Shown here in pieces: positions 19,977-29,760 of a stretch of 64,000 bases of DNA (within the stretch, counting starts at the first letter, position 1; every line of letters starts with the position of its first letter). Below the pieces are notes generated by a model. That model saw only the letters and a program-made list of their open reading frames with translations, was not told where the DNA came from and did no database searches. Source of the stretch: an uncultured Pseudomonadota bacterium (GTDB taxonomy: Bacteria; Pseudomonadota; Gammaproteobacteria; Burkholderiales; SG8-39); contig CALCIE010000065.1 in assembly GCA_937907425.1 (NCBI GenBank), forward strand, positions 6,191-70,190. Direction: 5' to 3'. Made by a program: the position numbers and the translations under genes.

Positions 19977-20360
19977 ATGAGCTACATGGCCATCAAACAT
20001 CTTCATCTCGCGGCGGTCGCGCTCGGCATTCTGCTGCTGTTGCTGCGCGGTTTCTGGCTCAGCACCGGCTCGGGCATGCTGGCGAAGAAATGGCCGCTCA
20101 TCGTGACGCATCTGAACTACGGTGTGCTGTTCCTCGCCGGGCTCGCGCTCGCCTTCTCGCTAAGCGGTCGCCTCGGCGACCATCCCTGGCTGATCGCCAA
20201 GGTGGTGGGCTTCGTCGTGCTGGTGATCCTCGGCGCACGCATCCTGCCGCGCATGAAGACCACCGGTGCGAAACTCGCGGTCTGGGCGATCGCAGTGCTG
20301 CTGTTCATCTACATCGTCGCAGTCGCCCTCACCAAACAGCCCCTGCCCTGGGCGGGCTGA
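19977..20360 (+). CDS. SirB2-family membrane protein
   Basis: MSYMAIKHLHLAAVALGILLLLLRGFW and four TM helices resemble SirB2/YchQ. Confidence 0.7.
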   Translation: MSYMAIKHLHLAAVALGILLLLLRGFWLSTGSGMLAKKWPLIVTHLNYGVLFLAGLALAFSLSGRLGDHPWLIAKVVGFVVLVILGARILPRMKTTGAKLAVWAIAVLLFIYIVAVALTKQPLPWAG

Positions 20361-20365
20361 GAGAA

Positions 20366-20770
20366 ATGATCGCGCCGCACGCCCTGCGCGACGAAGAGAT
20401 CGAGTTCGTGCCGATCCGCGCGCAGGGCGCCGGCGGACAGAACGTCAACAAGGTCTCCAACGCCGTACAACTGCGCTTCGACGTGCGAGCCTCCTCGCTG
20501 CCCGACGAAGTCAAGCGCCGCCTGCTGGCGCTGTCGGATCAGCGCATGAGCGAAAAAGGCGTAATCGTCATCAAGGCGCAGCGCTTCCGCAGCCTCGAAA
20601 AGAACCGTCAGGACGCGCGTGCGCGGCTGGAGGAGATGGTCGCCCGCGCTTCGTTGCGGCCGAAGCCGCGCAAGCCCACCCAACCCACGCGCGCCTCGCA
20701 ATTGCGCCGTCTGGAAAGCAAGCTCAGACGCGGCCGCGTGAAAGCCCTGCGCGGTCGCGTGACGGAGTGA
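20366..20770 (+). CDS. arfB: Alternative ribosome-rescue factor ArfB (peptidyl-tRNA hydrolase)
   Basis: GGQ motif in RAQGAGGQNVNKV plus a basic C-terminal tail. Confidence 0.9.
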   Translation: MIAPHALRDEEIEFVPIRAQGAGGQNVNKVSNAVQLRFDVRASSLPDEVKRRLLALSDQRMSEKGVIVIKAQRFRSLEKNRQDARARLEEMVARASLRPKPRKPTQPTRASQLRRLESKLRRGRVKALRGRVTE

Positions 20771-21182
20771 GCGGGCTTTCCGCCGCGGCACGCGCCTGGC
20801 GCTCGAAGTGGTTGTCGTAGTAGGGCCGGCCGCCGCGCAGCCACTGATAGGTGCTGCTGCCCAGATACAAGGGAAAGAACAGCACACCCCAGCGCTCGTA
20901 TTGCCGCACGTGCGCGTATTCATGGAGGCGGCATGCCGAGAGCGCATCGTCGTCGCGTGCGACGACGACGTGGCCGAGCGTGACGGCGACGAAGGGGCAG
21001 CGCCGCGCAAGCCGCGCGCGCCGTCTCCCGGCGACCACTTCGATCACGCCCTGCCGCACCGACCAGCGCCCGCCGCACGCGCCCGCGATGATGGCGGCCA
21101 GCAATCCGATCACGGTCGCCGGCAACGCCCAGACGTAGCTGCGGAACGGGCGCCGTCCGTCTGGCATGGAAGCAACGCTCAT
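20724..21182 (-). CDS. Membrane protein with an HExxH-type motif (HEYAH), function unknown
   Basis: MSVASMPDGRR..., with a TM helix (WALPATVIGLLAAIIAGA) and HEYAHVRQYERWG. The start is chosen inside ORF 20724-21293. The 3' end overlaps arfB by 47 nt (convergent). Confidence 0.55.
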   Translation of the reverse strand: MSVASMPDGRRPFRSYVWALPATVIGLLAAIIAGACGGRWSVRQGVIEVVAGRRRARLARRCPFVAVTLGHVVVARDDDALSACRLHEYAHVRQYERWGVLFFPLYLGSSTYQWLRGGRPYYDNHFERQARAAAESPLTPSRDRAGLSRGRV

Positions 21183-21204
21183 CTCGGCAAGCGGACAGCG
21201 GGTC

Positions 21205-21411
21205 TCAAAAGACGGGACGACGGGTCTGTTTCCGGGCGCCATGGATCGGACTCGACGCAAGATCGATGGCGCACATCGCTGCGCAGATCGCACCGCTTAC
21301 TCGCCGGACCGTGCTCACCAGGTACCCGCCCCACAGCAACACCGCCGCGCCCACGATCAGCCGGAATCCGGGCGCACGCCCTGGCAGGATGCGGATGTCG
21401 CCGACAACCAT
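21205..21411 (-). CDS. Possible 68-aa single-TM protein
   Basis: High third-position GC and one hydrophobic helix (FRLIVGAAVLLWGGYLVSTV). It fills the gap between two same-strand genes. The SD spacing is poor, so the call is weak. Confidence 0.3.
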   Translation of the reverse strand: MVVGDIRILPGRAPGFRLIVGAAVLLWGGYLVSTVRRVSGAICAAMCAIDLASSPIHGARKQTRRPVF

Positions 21412-21449
21412 CTCCTCCGCCTGGCATCCCCGGTACCGTGCGCAAGGGT

Positions 21450-21812
21450 TCAACGCCTCCCGGGGTGGCGATGGCCCATGGCGCCGGGACGGGGCGCCGG
21501 CGCGTCGAGCGGCGCGCGCCGGTCGAAGGCGCGCGAGCCCGGATGGAACTGGTCGAAACGCCGCGAACCGAAGTCCTGCCACCCACGGTGCCCGCGCCAC
21601 GGATCGCGGCCGAAATGCGCCTGGGAATCGAAATGCCGCTCGTCGAAACGCGGGGCCCGGCGCGCCCTGAAGCCGGGATCGGCATGATCGAAGCGATGGC
21701 CGAAATGGCGCTCGCCGATCCGGTCCCGGATGCGCGCGTCGCGATCGGCGTAGGCGGCAAGCGACACGACCGACAGCAGAACGGCGAGGAAGAGGCTTGG
21801 CAGGCGGTGCAT
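21450..21812 (-). CDS. Secreted His/Arg-rich repeat protein
   Basis: Signal peptide MHRLPSLFLAVLLSVVSLAAYA, then repeated R(H/R)FD-type motifs (ERHFGHRFDH, PRFDERHFDS, SRRFDQFH, RAFDRR). Confidence 0.6.
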   Translation of the reverse strand: MHRLPSLFLAVLLSVVSLAAYADRDARIRDRIGERHFGHRFDHADPGFRARRAPRFDERHFDSQAHFGRDPWRGHRGWQDFGSRRFDQFHPGSRAFDRRAPLDAPAPRPGAMGHRHPGRR

Positions 21813-21903
21813 GGCGGTCTCCCGGAGGCGTTGTCCCCGCCCCTCATGCAAGCATATTGAGCGCCAGGAAGCGGACCGAAGCGTAACGAATGTACGCCGG
21901 CCT

Positions 21904-23283
21904 TCAGCACTCGATCACGTTCACCGCCAGGCCGCCGCGCGAAGTCTCCTTGTACTTCGTCTTCATGTCGGCGCCGGTCTCGCGCATGGTCTTGATCACT
22001 TTGTCGAGGGAGACGAAATGCTGGCCGTCGCCGTGCAGGGCGAGCCGCGCCGCCTGCACTGCCTTGGTAGCGGCCACGGCGTTGCGCTCGATGCAGGGAA
22101 TCTGCACCAACCCGCCGACGGGATCGCAGGTAAGCCCCAGATGATGTTCCATCGCGATCTCGGCGGCGTTCTCGACCTGCCGCGGCGTGCCGCCCAGCAC
22201 TTCGGCCAGCGCACCGGCCGCCATCGAACAGGCCACCCCGACTTCGCCCTGACAGCCCACTTCCGCGCCGGAAATGGAGGCGTTCTCCTTATACAGAATG
22301 GCGATCGCGCCGGCGGTGAGCAGAAAGCGCACCACACCCTCCTCGTCCGCCCCGGGCACGAAACGCGTGTAGTAGTGCAGCACCGCCGGAATGATGCCGG
22401 CGGCACCGTTGGTGGGCGCAGTGACCACGCGTCCGCCGGCGGCGTTCTCCTCGTTCACCGCCATGGCATAGAAGCTGAGCCAGTCGAGGATGACGAGCGG
22501 ATCGCGCAGAGGCGCATCGGACGAAGCCGACAGTTTGCGGTACAGCTCGGGCGCGCGGCGGCGAACCTGCAGGCCGCCCGGCATCACGCCTTCCCGGGTC
22601 GCGCCGCGCCGCACGCAATCCTGCATCACCGCCCAGCGTTCCAGCAGACCGCGCCGCACTTCCTCGCGGCTGCGCCACGCCTGCTCGTTCTCGTACATCA
22701 GCTCGCTGATCGACAGGCCGTGCCGCTCGCAATGCTCCAGGAGCTGCGCCGCGGTGGTAAAGGGATATTTCAGCGGCGTGCGGTCCGGCACGATGCGGTC
22801 GGCGCCCGCGGCCGATTCGTCGACCACGAAACCGCCGCCGACCGAGTAGTAGATGCGCGTGCGCAGCACTGTCCCGTCGGCGTCGAACGCGGTAAAGCGC
22901 ATGCCGTTGGGGTGATAAGGCAGCGACTCGCGCCGGTACATGAGCAGATGCTCGCGCTCGCGGAAGCGGATGGGATGGGTGCCGAGCAGCCGCAACTGCT
23001 GTGTGGCGCGGATCTGCGCGAGGCGGGCATCGATTTCGTCCACCGCCACGTCTTCGGGCGTCGCCCCTTCCAGCCCGAGCATAACGGCCTTGTCCGAACC
23101 GTGGCCCTTGCCGGTCGCACCGAGCGAGCCGTAGAGCTCGGCCTTCACGCCCGCCGTGCGCGGCAGCAGGCCTTCGTCGCGCAGGCCGGCGGCGAACTGC
23201 AACGCCGCCCGCATCGGGCCCACGGTGTGGGAGCTCGAAGGACCGATACCGATCTTGAACAAATCGAAAACGCTGATGGACAT
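21904..23283 (-). CDS. sdaA: L-serine ammonia-lyase (Fe-S type, single chain)
   Basis: 459 aa. [24 protein letters not shown] is the canonical N-terminus. Confidence 0.92.
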   Translation of the reverse strand: MSISVFDLFKIGIGPSSSHTVGPMRAALQFAAGLRDEGLLPRTAGVKAELYGSLGATGKGHGSDKAVMLGLEGATPEDVAVDEIDARLAQIRATQQLRLLGTHPIRFREREHLLMYRRESLPYHPNGMRFTAFDADGTVLRTRIYYSVGGGFVVDESAAGADRIVPDRTPLKYPFTTAAQLLEHCERHGLSISELMYENEQAWRSREEVRRGLLERWAVMQDCVRRGATREGVMPGGLQVRRRAPELYRKLSASSDAPLRDPLVILDWLSFYAMAVNEENAAGGRVVTAPTNGAAGIIPAVLHYYTRFVPGADEEGVVRFLLTAGAIAILYKENASISGAEVGCQGEVGVACSMAAGALAEVLGGTPRQVENAAEIAMEHHLGLTCDPVGGLVQIPCIERNAVAATKAVQAARLALHGDGQHFVSLDKVIKTMRETGADMKTKYKETSRGGLAVNVIEC

Positions 23284-23374
23284 GGCTCGTCAACGGGGCG
23301 CGCGCCGCGCCCGGCAAGATGCATAAAGGACCGCCGCCGCGGCCCGCGGTTCAAGCCGCCGACGCCCGCCCGGC

Positions 23375-23668
23375 CTACATGCCGAGCATGCGGCCGATGT
23401 CGGCCAGGTATTGGGCGCCCTTGAATAGGGCGCTGTCGCTTTCCTCGAAAGCCTGGCGCAGGCCGTGCAGCCGTTCGCGCACCGGCTCGTCGTCGCCCGC
23501 ATGCGCGTGCAGCGCCTGTCGCAAAGCCTCCACCTCCGCGCGCAGCGTATCGATGTCGGCCGTACCGTGTTGCGCGCGTTCGAGATCGCGTTCGAGAGCC
23601 TGCACCAGGCGCCTCACCTCTTCCAGGTCGATGCCCGCACTGCCGGGTTGGGGATCGCTTGCGGTCAT
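23375..23668 (-). CDS. DUF4404-like small helical protein
   Basis: 97 aa, an acidic coiled coil ending ADIGRMLGM, as I recall for DUF4404. Confidence 0.55.
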   Translation of the reverse strand: MTASDPQPGSAGIDLEEVRRLVQALERDLERAQHGTADIDTLRAEVEALRQALHAHAGDDEPVRERLHGLRQAFEESDSALFKGAQYLADIGRMLGM

Positions 23669-23792
23669 GGCGGTCGTTCAAAGGCGATGGAAACCCGACT
23701 TTAGCGCGGGCGAGCCGGGCTGGCGAGGCCCGGCGGTCTGATCCTTGCTGCGCGGAAGCGCGACTTCAGCATCCGGACCGCACGCGGTTCAC

Positions 23793-26363
23793 ATGTTCTC
23801 CGCCTCCGATTCCGCCGGCAGCACGCCGCGGCCGCAGCGACGCCTGCAGCGCGCGGTGTGGCCGCTGGTGATCGTCGTTCCCGTCATGCTGGGCCTGGTC
23901 TGGGCCTGCATGGAAGTGCTTGCGGCGAGCCGCGCCCACGTCGCCGCGCTCGGCTACTGGTCGCATGCCCAAAAGGACGCGGTGGTGCAGTTGTTACGCT
24001 ATGCCGAGACGCACGACCCGTCGCACCTGGCGGCCTACCGCCGGGCGATCGCCGTGCCGCAGGGCGACCGGACCGCGCGCCAGGCCCTTGCCCAGGACCC
24101 GCCCGACCGCGAGCGCGCCCGCCGGGGATTCGAGGTCGGCGGCAACGCGCCGGAAGACATCGGCCGGCTGATCTGGCTGTTCCTGAACTACAAGGAGGCG
24201 CCCTTCGTCGCCGACGCGCTGCGCGCCTGGGAGGCCACCGACGCCGAGCTGGACCGCCTCGACGCCCTCGCCGCCGAACTCGAGACGCTGGTGCGCGAAG
24301 GCCGGGCCACGCCGGAGGCGGTGGCGGCGCTCACCGCGGAGATCGAACGCGTCAACCGCACGCTCGCCCCCCTGCAGCAGCATTTCGCGCGCGCGCTGAG
24401 CGAAGGCTTCGACCGCATGCGCACGATGCTCTACGGGGCGCTTTGCCTGACGGCGCTGGCGCTGCTCGCCATGGGCTGGCTGAGCGCGCGCCGCATGATC
24501 GAACGCGCCGTACGCGCCGAACAGGAACTGGCGCTCGCCGAACGCGCGGTGTTCGCCGAACGCGACCGCGCCCTGGTGACGCTGCAATCCATCGGCGACG
24601 CCGTGATCACGGCGGACGCCCAGGGGCGCATCGACTACCTCAACCCCGTCGCCGAGAAGGTCACGGGCTGGAGCAACGCCGAAGCCTGCGGGCGGCCGCT
24701 GGAGGAAGTGGTGCGCATCGTCGACGAACACGGCGGCAATCCCGTGCGCGAACTGCCCGAGCGCATCCTGCGCGAGCGCGGTCCCATCGAGATCGCGCGC
24801 AACGCCACGCTCATCCGCCGCGACGGCAGCGAAGTCGCCATCGCCGAATCGGCCTCGCGCATCCGCGCCCGCTCCGGCGAGGCGCTGGGCATCGTCATCG
24901 TGTTCCGCGACGTCAGCCGCGAACGGCGCATCGCCGCCCAGCTCTCCTATCACGCCTCGCACGATCTGCTCACCGGGCTGGTGAACCGCATGGAGTTCGA
25001 ACGGCGGCTGCAGAACGCCCTGCATTCGATCGACACCGAGCGGCGCTCGCACGTGCTGCTGTTCATCGATCTGGACCGTTTCAAGCACGTCAACGACGCC
25101 TGCGGGCATGCCGCCGGCGACCAGTTGTTGCGTCAGGTCTCCGATCTGTTCGCCGCCGAATTGCGCGAGAGCGACACGCTCGCGCGCCTGGGCGGCGACG
25201 AATTCGGCATCCTGCTCGAGAACTGCAGCGTGGAGGACGCCCTGCGCATCGCCGAGGAACTGCGGCGCCGGGTCGAGAACTACCGCTTCGTTTACGAAGC
25301 GCGCTGTTTCAGCATCGGCGCGAGCATCGGCCTGGTACCGCTTGCGCTTTGCCAGCAGACCGTCTCCGCCGCGCTCGCCGCCGCCGACCGCGCCTGCTAC
25401 ATCGCCAAGGAAAAGGGGCGCAACCGCATCGAGATGTACGTGCCGGACGCGGACGAGGCGCACCGCCGCCACATCGACCATGGCTGGGGCGAGCGCGTCG
25501 CCCGGGCGCTGGAACAGGATCGGCTGCTGTTGTACGCGCAGCCGCTCATGCCGCTCGCCGCGGACGGCGAGGACGCGCCCCTCGTGGAGGTTTACGTGCG
25601 CCTGCGCGAAAACGGCGGGCAGCTCGTGAGTCCGAGCGCCTTCATGCCCACGGCCGAACGGCTCGGTCTGATGCCGCAGCTCGACCGCTGGGTGATCGCG
25701 AAGGTGCTCGAGCGCGCGGCGCACTGCCTCGAAGCGGGGCAGGTCCCGCCCTGCTGCATCATCAATCTCTCCGCGGCGAGCATCGCCGACAAGAGCCTGC
25801 TCGATTTCGTCGTCGAGCAGTTCGAGCGTCACGGCGTGCCGCAGGCGCGTTTCTGCTTCGAGCTCACCGAATCGGAACTCATGACCCATTACACGCAGGC
25901 GCAGCGTTTTATGGCAGGCGTGAAGGCGCTGGGCTGCCGCGTCTCGCTCAACGAATTCGGCCGCACTACGGCCTCATTCGGCTACGCGCGCAACCTGCCG
26001 CTGGACTTCATCAAGATCGACGGCATGTTCGTGCGCCAGATGACCGCCGATCCCGTCGACGCCGCGACGGTGGAGGCGATCAACCGCATCGCTCACGTGC
26101 TCGGCAAGCGCACCATCGCTGAAAGAGTGGAAGACGAAGCCGCGATCGCAACGCTGCGCGCCATCGGCGTGGACTACGCGCAAGGCTATGCGGTGGCGCC
26201 GGTCGTGCCTCTGGAAGGATTCTTCGCCGATCGGGGCCGTGCCGCGTGCGCGGCTTTGTCCAGGGCGGAGCGCCGCCAGACGGCGCGCCGCCGCGCCGCA
26301 ACGTCTACAACTTCACACCGGGCTCGCGAAGCGGCTGGCTCCTGCCACGGGAAAAAGCGATGA
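23793..26363 (+). CDS. Membrane-anchored sensor with PAS, GGDEF and EAL domains
   Basis: N-terminal TM helices and a periplasmic-type domain, a PAS domain, GGDEF (RLGGDEFG) and an EAL-family C-terminus (the core EAL triplet reads ELT; downstream EAL-domain motifs are recognisable). ATG 23793 lies inside ORF 23745-26363. Confidence 0.85.
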   Translation: MFSASDSAGSTPRPQRRLQRAVWPLVIVVPVMLGLVWACMEVLAASRAHVAALGYWSHAQKDAVVQLLRYAETHDPSHLAAYRRAIAVPQGDRTARQALAQDPPDRERARRGFEVGGNAPEDIGRLIWLFLNYKEAPFVADALRAWEATDAELDRLDALAAELETLVREGRATPEAVAALTAEIERVNRTLAPLQQHFARALSEGFDRMRTMLYGALCLTALALLAMGWLSARRMIERAVRAEQELALAERAVFAERDRALVTLQSIGDAVITADAQGRIDYLNPVAEKVTGWSNAEACGRPLEEVVRIVDEHGGNPVRELPERILRERGPIEIARNATLIRRDGSEVAIAESASRIRARSGEALGIVIVFRDVSRERRIAAQLSYHASHDLLTGLVNRMEFERRLQNALHSIDTERRSHVLLFIDLDRFKHVNDACGHAAGDQLLRQVSDLFAAELRESDTLARLGGDEFGILLENCSVEDALRIAEELRRRVENYRFVYEARCFSIGASIGLVPLALCQQTVSAALAAADRACYIAKEKGRNRIEMYVPDADEAHRRHIDHGWGERVARALEQDRLLLYAQPLMPLAADGEDAPLVEVYVRLRENGGQLVSPSAFMPTAERLGLMPQLDRWVIAKVLERAAHCLEAGQVPPCCIINLSAASIADKSLLDFVVEQFERHGVPQARFCFELTESELMTHYTQAQRFMAGVKALGCRVSLNEFGRTTASFGYARNLPLDFIKIDGMFVRQMTADPVDAATVEAINRIAHVLGKRTIAERVEDEAAIATLRAIGVDYAQGYAVAPVVPLEGFFADRGRAACAALSRAERRQTARRRAATSTTSHRAREAAGSCHGKKR

Positions 26364-26533
26364 TCGCCCGCGCCGGCCGTCCGGCCGGCCGTATTCCCGG
26401 GGAAAAGATGTTGCTGCTTCTGTGTCTGCTGGCGACGAGCGCCGCGGCGGTCGCGACGCCCGCGCTGGTGTTCACCCTCGCCTTCTCGCTTTCCGTGCTC
26501 AGCACCGGTCTCCATCTCACCCGCGGCCGGTGA
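26360..26533 (+). CDS. Possible 57-aa membrane peptide translationally coupled to the GGDEF-EAL gene
   Basis: ATG 26360 overlaps the upstream TGA (ATGA). Hydrophobic core LLLLCLLATSAAAVATPALVFTLAFSLSVL. No family recognised. Confidence 0.3.
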   Translation: MIARAGRPAGRIPGEKMLLLLCLLATSAAAVATPALVFTLAFSLSVLSTGLHLTRGR

Positions 26534-26536
26534 GGC

Positions 26537-26971
26537 CTAGTGCAACGCCAGCCGCCTCGCCAGCTCGCGCAAGGCCGCGACTTGCAGCGGTTTGACGAGA
26601 TGACCGTCCGCGCCCAGGGCCGTGCAGGCCTCGAGTTCCGGCGCATCCTTGCCGCTCACCATCACGATCACCGGAACCGCCGCGGTGTCGGGCCGCTGTT
26701 TGAGCCGCCTCAGCACTTCGAAGCCGTCAAGACGCGGCATCTTGAGATCGAGCAGCACCACACGCGGCGGGTTGCGTCCGATCCATTCGAGCGCTTCCTG
26801 ACCGTCGCGCACCCAGTGCGTGCGGGCCTTCAAACCCGACTGGGCCAATGCGTGCAGGGCGAGCTCCGCGTCGTCGGCGCTGTCTTCGACCAGCAACAGA
26901 TCGGGCTCGCGCCGCGGTTCAGCACGGCCGCCGGCCGACGACTCCTCCGCGGGAAACAGGAGCATGCTCAT
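26537..26971 (-). CDS. Stand-alone response-regulator receiver protein
   Basis: LLLVEDSADD ... VLLDLKMPRLDG ... KP are receiver-domain signatures. There is no output domain. Confidence 0.8.
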   Translation of the reverse strand: MSMLLFPAEESSAGGRAEPRREPDLLLVEDSADDAELALHALAQSGLKARTHWVRDGQEALEWIGRNPPRVVLLDLKMPRLDGFEVLRRLKQRPDTAAVPVIVMVSGKDAPELEACTALGADGHLVKPLQVAALRELARRLALH

Positions 26972-27172
26972 TTTTATGCGGCCGCACGACGCGCTTGCCG
27001 GACGCCGAACAATATGACGGAAAGCGGACACATGAGGTTTCCTCGCTCGGGCGGTGCGCCTTTGTAAGGCATTTCCCTACACGTTTTCGCACCGATTTCC
27101 GATTAGGAAAAAGCGGCGTTGATCCTATCATTGCGTCGCGATTCATCTTCGTGATGAACGCTTCTCCCCCAA

Positions 27173-27210
27173 AGGCCCCGCGCATCTCCCCCAAGCGCGG
27201 GGCTTTTTCT
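27173..27210 (-). terminator. Hairpin terminator just downstream of cfa (looks bidirectional)
   Basis: GCCCCGCGC-N11-GCGCGGGGC, flanked by TTTTTCTTT on the plus side and CUUUGG on the minus side. It lies 6 nt after the cfa stop. Confidence 0.6.
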
Positions 27211-27215
27211 TTGCG

Positions 27216-28478
27216 CTACGCCTGCGTGAGCGCTTCGGTTCGAGGTTCGTCCCGTGTCCGTTCCGTTTCGGCGGCGTACATGTAGCGTCGCGTCATCGGC
27301 AACGTGTTGAAAGCGGGACTGCCCGCCTTGCAGGCCAGCACCTGGTAGATGTTCATCCATCCCTGGGCGAAACCGTAGGAACAGCCCTGCAGATAGACCG
27401 ACCAGATGCGGTAGCGCCGCTCGCCGGCGAGCGCGACGGCGCGATCGCGCGCGCGCTCCAGCGACTGCGCCCAAAGCCCGCAGGTGCGCGCATAGTGGCG
27501 GCGCAGCGACTCCACGTCGGCCACTTCCAGCCCGGCCGCGGCCATTTCCTTGATGACCAGAGACAGATGCGGCAGCTCGCCGTCGGGGAAGACGTAGCGG
27601 TCGATGAATTCGCCCGCGCCCAGGCCGACCGAACGGCTGTCCGGATCGCTGGAGGTGATGCCGTGATTGAGGACGATGCCGCCGTCCTTGAGCAGATTGC
27701 GCAACTGCCGGAAATAGACCGGGAGATTCTTCAGCCCCACGTGCTCGAACATGCCGACGCTGGCGATCTTGTCGTAGCCGCCGCGTTCGGGCACGTCGCG
27801 GTAGTCCTGCAGGCGCACTTCGCAGCGTCCTTCCAGTCCCTTCTCGCGGATCTTCTCGCGCACGTAGTCGTACTGGTTTTGCGAGAGCGTGATGCCGACG
27901 GCGCTTGCGCCGTATTTCTCCACCGCCCGGAAGATCAGCGCCCCCCAGCCGCAGCCGACGTCGAGAAAGCGTTCGCCCGGCTTGAGCCGCAGCTTGGTGA
28001 GGATGTGGTCGAGCTTCTGTTCCTGCGCCCGGTCCAGCGTGTCGTCCTCGTTCTCGAAATAGGCGCACGAGTAGACCATGTTGCGGTCGAGGAACAGCGC
28101 GTAGAAATCGTTGGAGACGTCGTAGTGGTACTGGATCGCCTTCTTGTCCTTCTTGCGGGTGTGCCGCAGGAAGCGCCGCATCGGCGTGAAGCCGGACTCG
28201 CCCGGCGATGCAGCACGCGCGAACTGTTCCCCGACTTCGAAGATGTCGCGCAGCGAGCCGTCGACCTTGATGTGCCCCTCGACGTAGGCTTCGCCGAGCT
28301 TCATCAGGTTGGGCGACACCAGGTAGCGCAGGCTCCTGGCGCTCGGGACGGTGACGACCACACGCGGATCGGGTCCGAGATCGTGGGTCCGTCCGTTCCA
28401 AAGCTTGATCCGCAGCGGTACCGGCTGGGTCAGCTTGACCCGTTCGAATATTTTTTCCAGGCGATTGTCGAGAAACAT
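27216..28478 (-). CDS. cfa: Cyclopropane-fatty-acyl-phospholipid synthase family methyltransferase
   Basis: 420 aa. SAM motif LDVGCGWGAL and YDKIASVGMFEHVG. Confidence 0.85.
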   Translation of the reverse strand: MFLDNRLEKIFERVKLTQPVPLRIKLWNGRTHDLGPDPRVVVTVPSARSLRYLVSPNLMKLGEAYVEGHIKVDGSLRDIFEVGEQFARAASPGESGFTPMRRFLRHTRKKDKKAIQYHYDVSNDFYALFLDRNMVYSCAYFENEDDTLDRAQEQKLDHILTKLRLKPGERFLDVGCGWGALIFRAVEKYGASAVGITLSQNQYDYVREKIREKGLEGRCEVRLQDYRDVPERGGYDKIASVGMFEHVGLKNLPVYFRQLRNLLKDGGIVLNHGITSSDPDSRSVGLGAGEFIDRYVFPDGELPHLSLVIKEMAAAGLEVADVESLRRHYARTCGLWAQSLERARDRAVALAGERRYRIWSVYLQGCSYGFAQGWMNIYQVLACKAGSPAFNTLPMTRRYMYAAETERTRDEPRTEALTQA

Positions 28479-28703
28479 GGCGCCCTCAATCTGTCAGACT
28501 CAGGGAAACGAGGCCTGGCCTCGCGCTTTCCGCATGTCACGACGCGCAGCCCTGTGACGCACGCTACGCGCACGGGCAGGACGGACTGATCGGATCGAAC
28601 GCCCGCTTCGTCGAAGTCCTCCCTTGAACGGCGAGCCCATGTTAGCCGCATGCGGGCGCGGCGCCAATGGACTTTGCGCAATCGGGCCGGTAAAGAACGT
28701 CAA

Positions 28704-29213
28704 TCAGACCGCGGCGCGGCCGCGTGTGCCGCGGCGTTTGGCGACGGTCTTGGGTTTGGCGGCCGGACGACGGCGCGCGGGCGAATGGGCCGTGCTTCGC
28801 GCGCCGCGCGCCGGCTTGCGCGCCGGCTGGGCGGCACGCCCCTCGAGCGCGTCCAGGCGCGCCAGCACGGCCTGCATGTCCTTGGCGGTCGGTACGCCGA
28901 GCCGTTCGAGCGCCCGGCCCATGCCGGCTTCGAGCAACTGTTCGAGGTGCTCGAACGCGGCCGAGGCGCCTCGTGTCGCCTGGATGGCGGCGCGTCCCGC
29001 TTCGTCGCCGAGTCCGGAGAATCCTCGTTGCGCCGCGCGCTGGCCGCGCCGGCCCTCGCTTTTCAACGCACCGAGCACCTTGCCGCCTTCCTCCTGCGTC
29101 CTGACCAGCGCGTTGAGTCCCGCCAGCCAGATCTGTTGCGCGGCGGCGCGCAGACTGCCCAGCAGCTCGGCGTCCGCCGCTTCGTTCCGCCGGGTGGATT
29201 TTCTGGTCGTCAT
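28704..29213 (-). CDS. PHA granule-associated phasin (PhaF-like) with a basic AKP-rich tail
   Basis: AAQQIWLAGLNALVRTQEEGGKVLGALKSEG matches the phasin TIGR01837 type as I recall it. Lys/Arg/Ala/Pro-rich C-terminus. ATG 29213 follows GGAGGA. Confidence 0.75.
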   Translation of the reverse strand: MTTRKSTRRNEAADAELLGSLRAAAQQIWLAGLNALVRTQEEGGKVLGALKSEGRRGQRAAQRGFSGLGDEAGRAAIQATRGASAAFEHLEQLLEAGMGRALERLGVPTAKDMQAVLARLDALEGRAAQPARKPARGARSTAHSPARRRPAAKPKTVAKRRGTRGRAAV

Positions 29214-29289
29214 GGTGTCCTCCTTCTCGCATTGAGCGGACCCGGCACGCCGCAGGATAATGTGCGTCTCCGGTTCCGGCTTTCCTGCC

Positions 29290-29760
29290 ATGTCCCTGGC
29301 CGTAGGCGATCCTGCCCCGCCCTTCTCCGCGCCGACCGCCGACGGTCGCGTACTGTCGCTTGACGATTTCCGCGGCCGCAGGCTGATCCTCTACTTCTAT
29401 CCGATGGACGATACGCCGGGCTGCACGGCGCAAGCCTGCTCGCTGCGCGACGGCCTCACACGTCTGCAGCAGGCCGGCTATGCCGTCGTCGGCGTCTCGG
29501 CGCAGGATGCCGCCTCGCACCGCCGCTTCGCGGACAAACACGGTCTGAACTTTCCGCTGCTGGTGGACCGCGACCGCCGCATCGCGCAGGCTTACGGGGC
29601 GCTGGGACGCGGCCCGCTCGCCTGGCTGCGCAGCCGCCTCGGCTTCTACCGGCGCATTACCTTTGTGATCGACGAAGCGGGTCGCATCGCCGACATCATC
29701 GAGCGGCCCGACACCCGCCGGCACGCCGACCAGGTGCTGCGGCGCAAGCCCGCATCCTGA
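29290..29760 (+). CDS. bcp: Thiol peroxidase Bcp (peroxiredoxin)
   Basis: LILYFYPMDDTPGCTAQAC carries the peroxidatic Cys motif. Confidence 0.9.
   Translation: MSLAVGDPAPPFSAPTADGRVLSLDDFRGRRLILYFYPMDDTPGCTAQACSLRDGLTRLQQAGYAVVGVSAQDAASHRRFADKHGLNFPLLVDRDRRIAQAYGALGRGPLAWLRSRLGFYRRITFVIDEAGRIADIIERPDTRRHADQVLRRKPAS

Noticed and set aside
20724-20770. The 47-nt convergent overlap of arfB with the HExxH membrane-protein gene, and the 44-nt overlap at 41601-41644, as signs of mis-annotation or antisense regulation
   Set aside because: Short convergent 3' overlaps are common in compact high-GC genomes. Both partners in each pair have independent support.
26972-27210. A plus-strand sRNA ending at the 27173-27210 hairpin, which has a good T-tract on the plus strand
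   Set aside because: I could not find a convincing plus-strand promoter in the 200 nt upstream. The hairpin is adequately explained as the cfa terminator acting bidirectionally.
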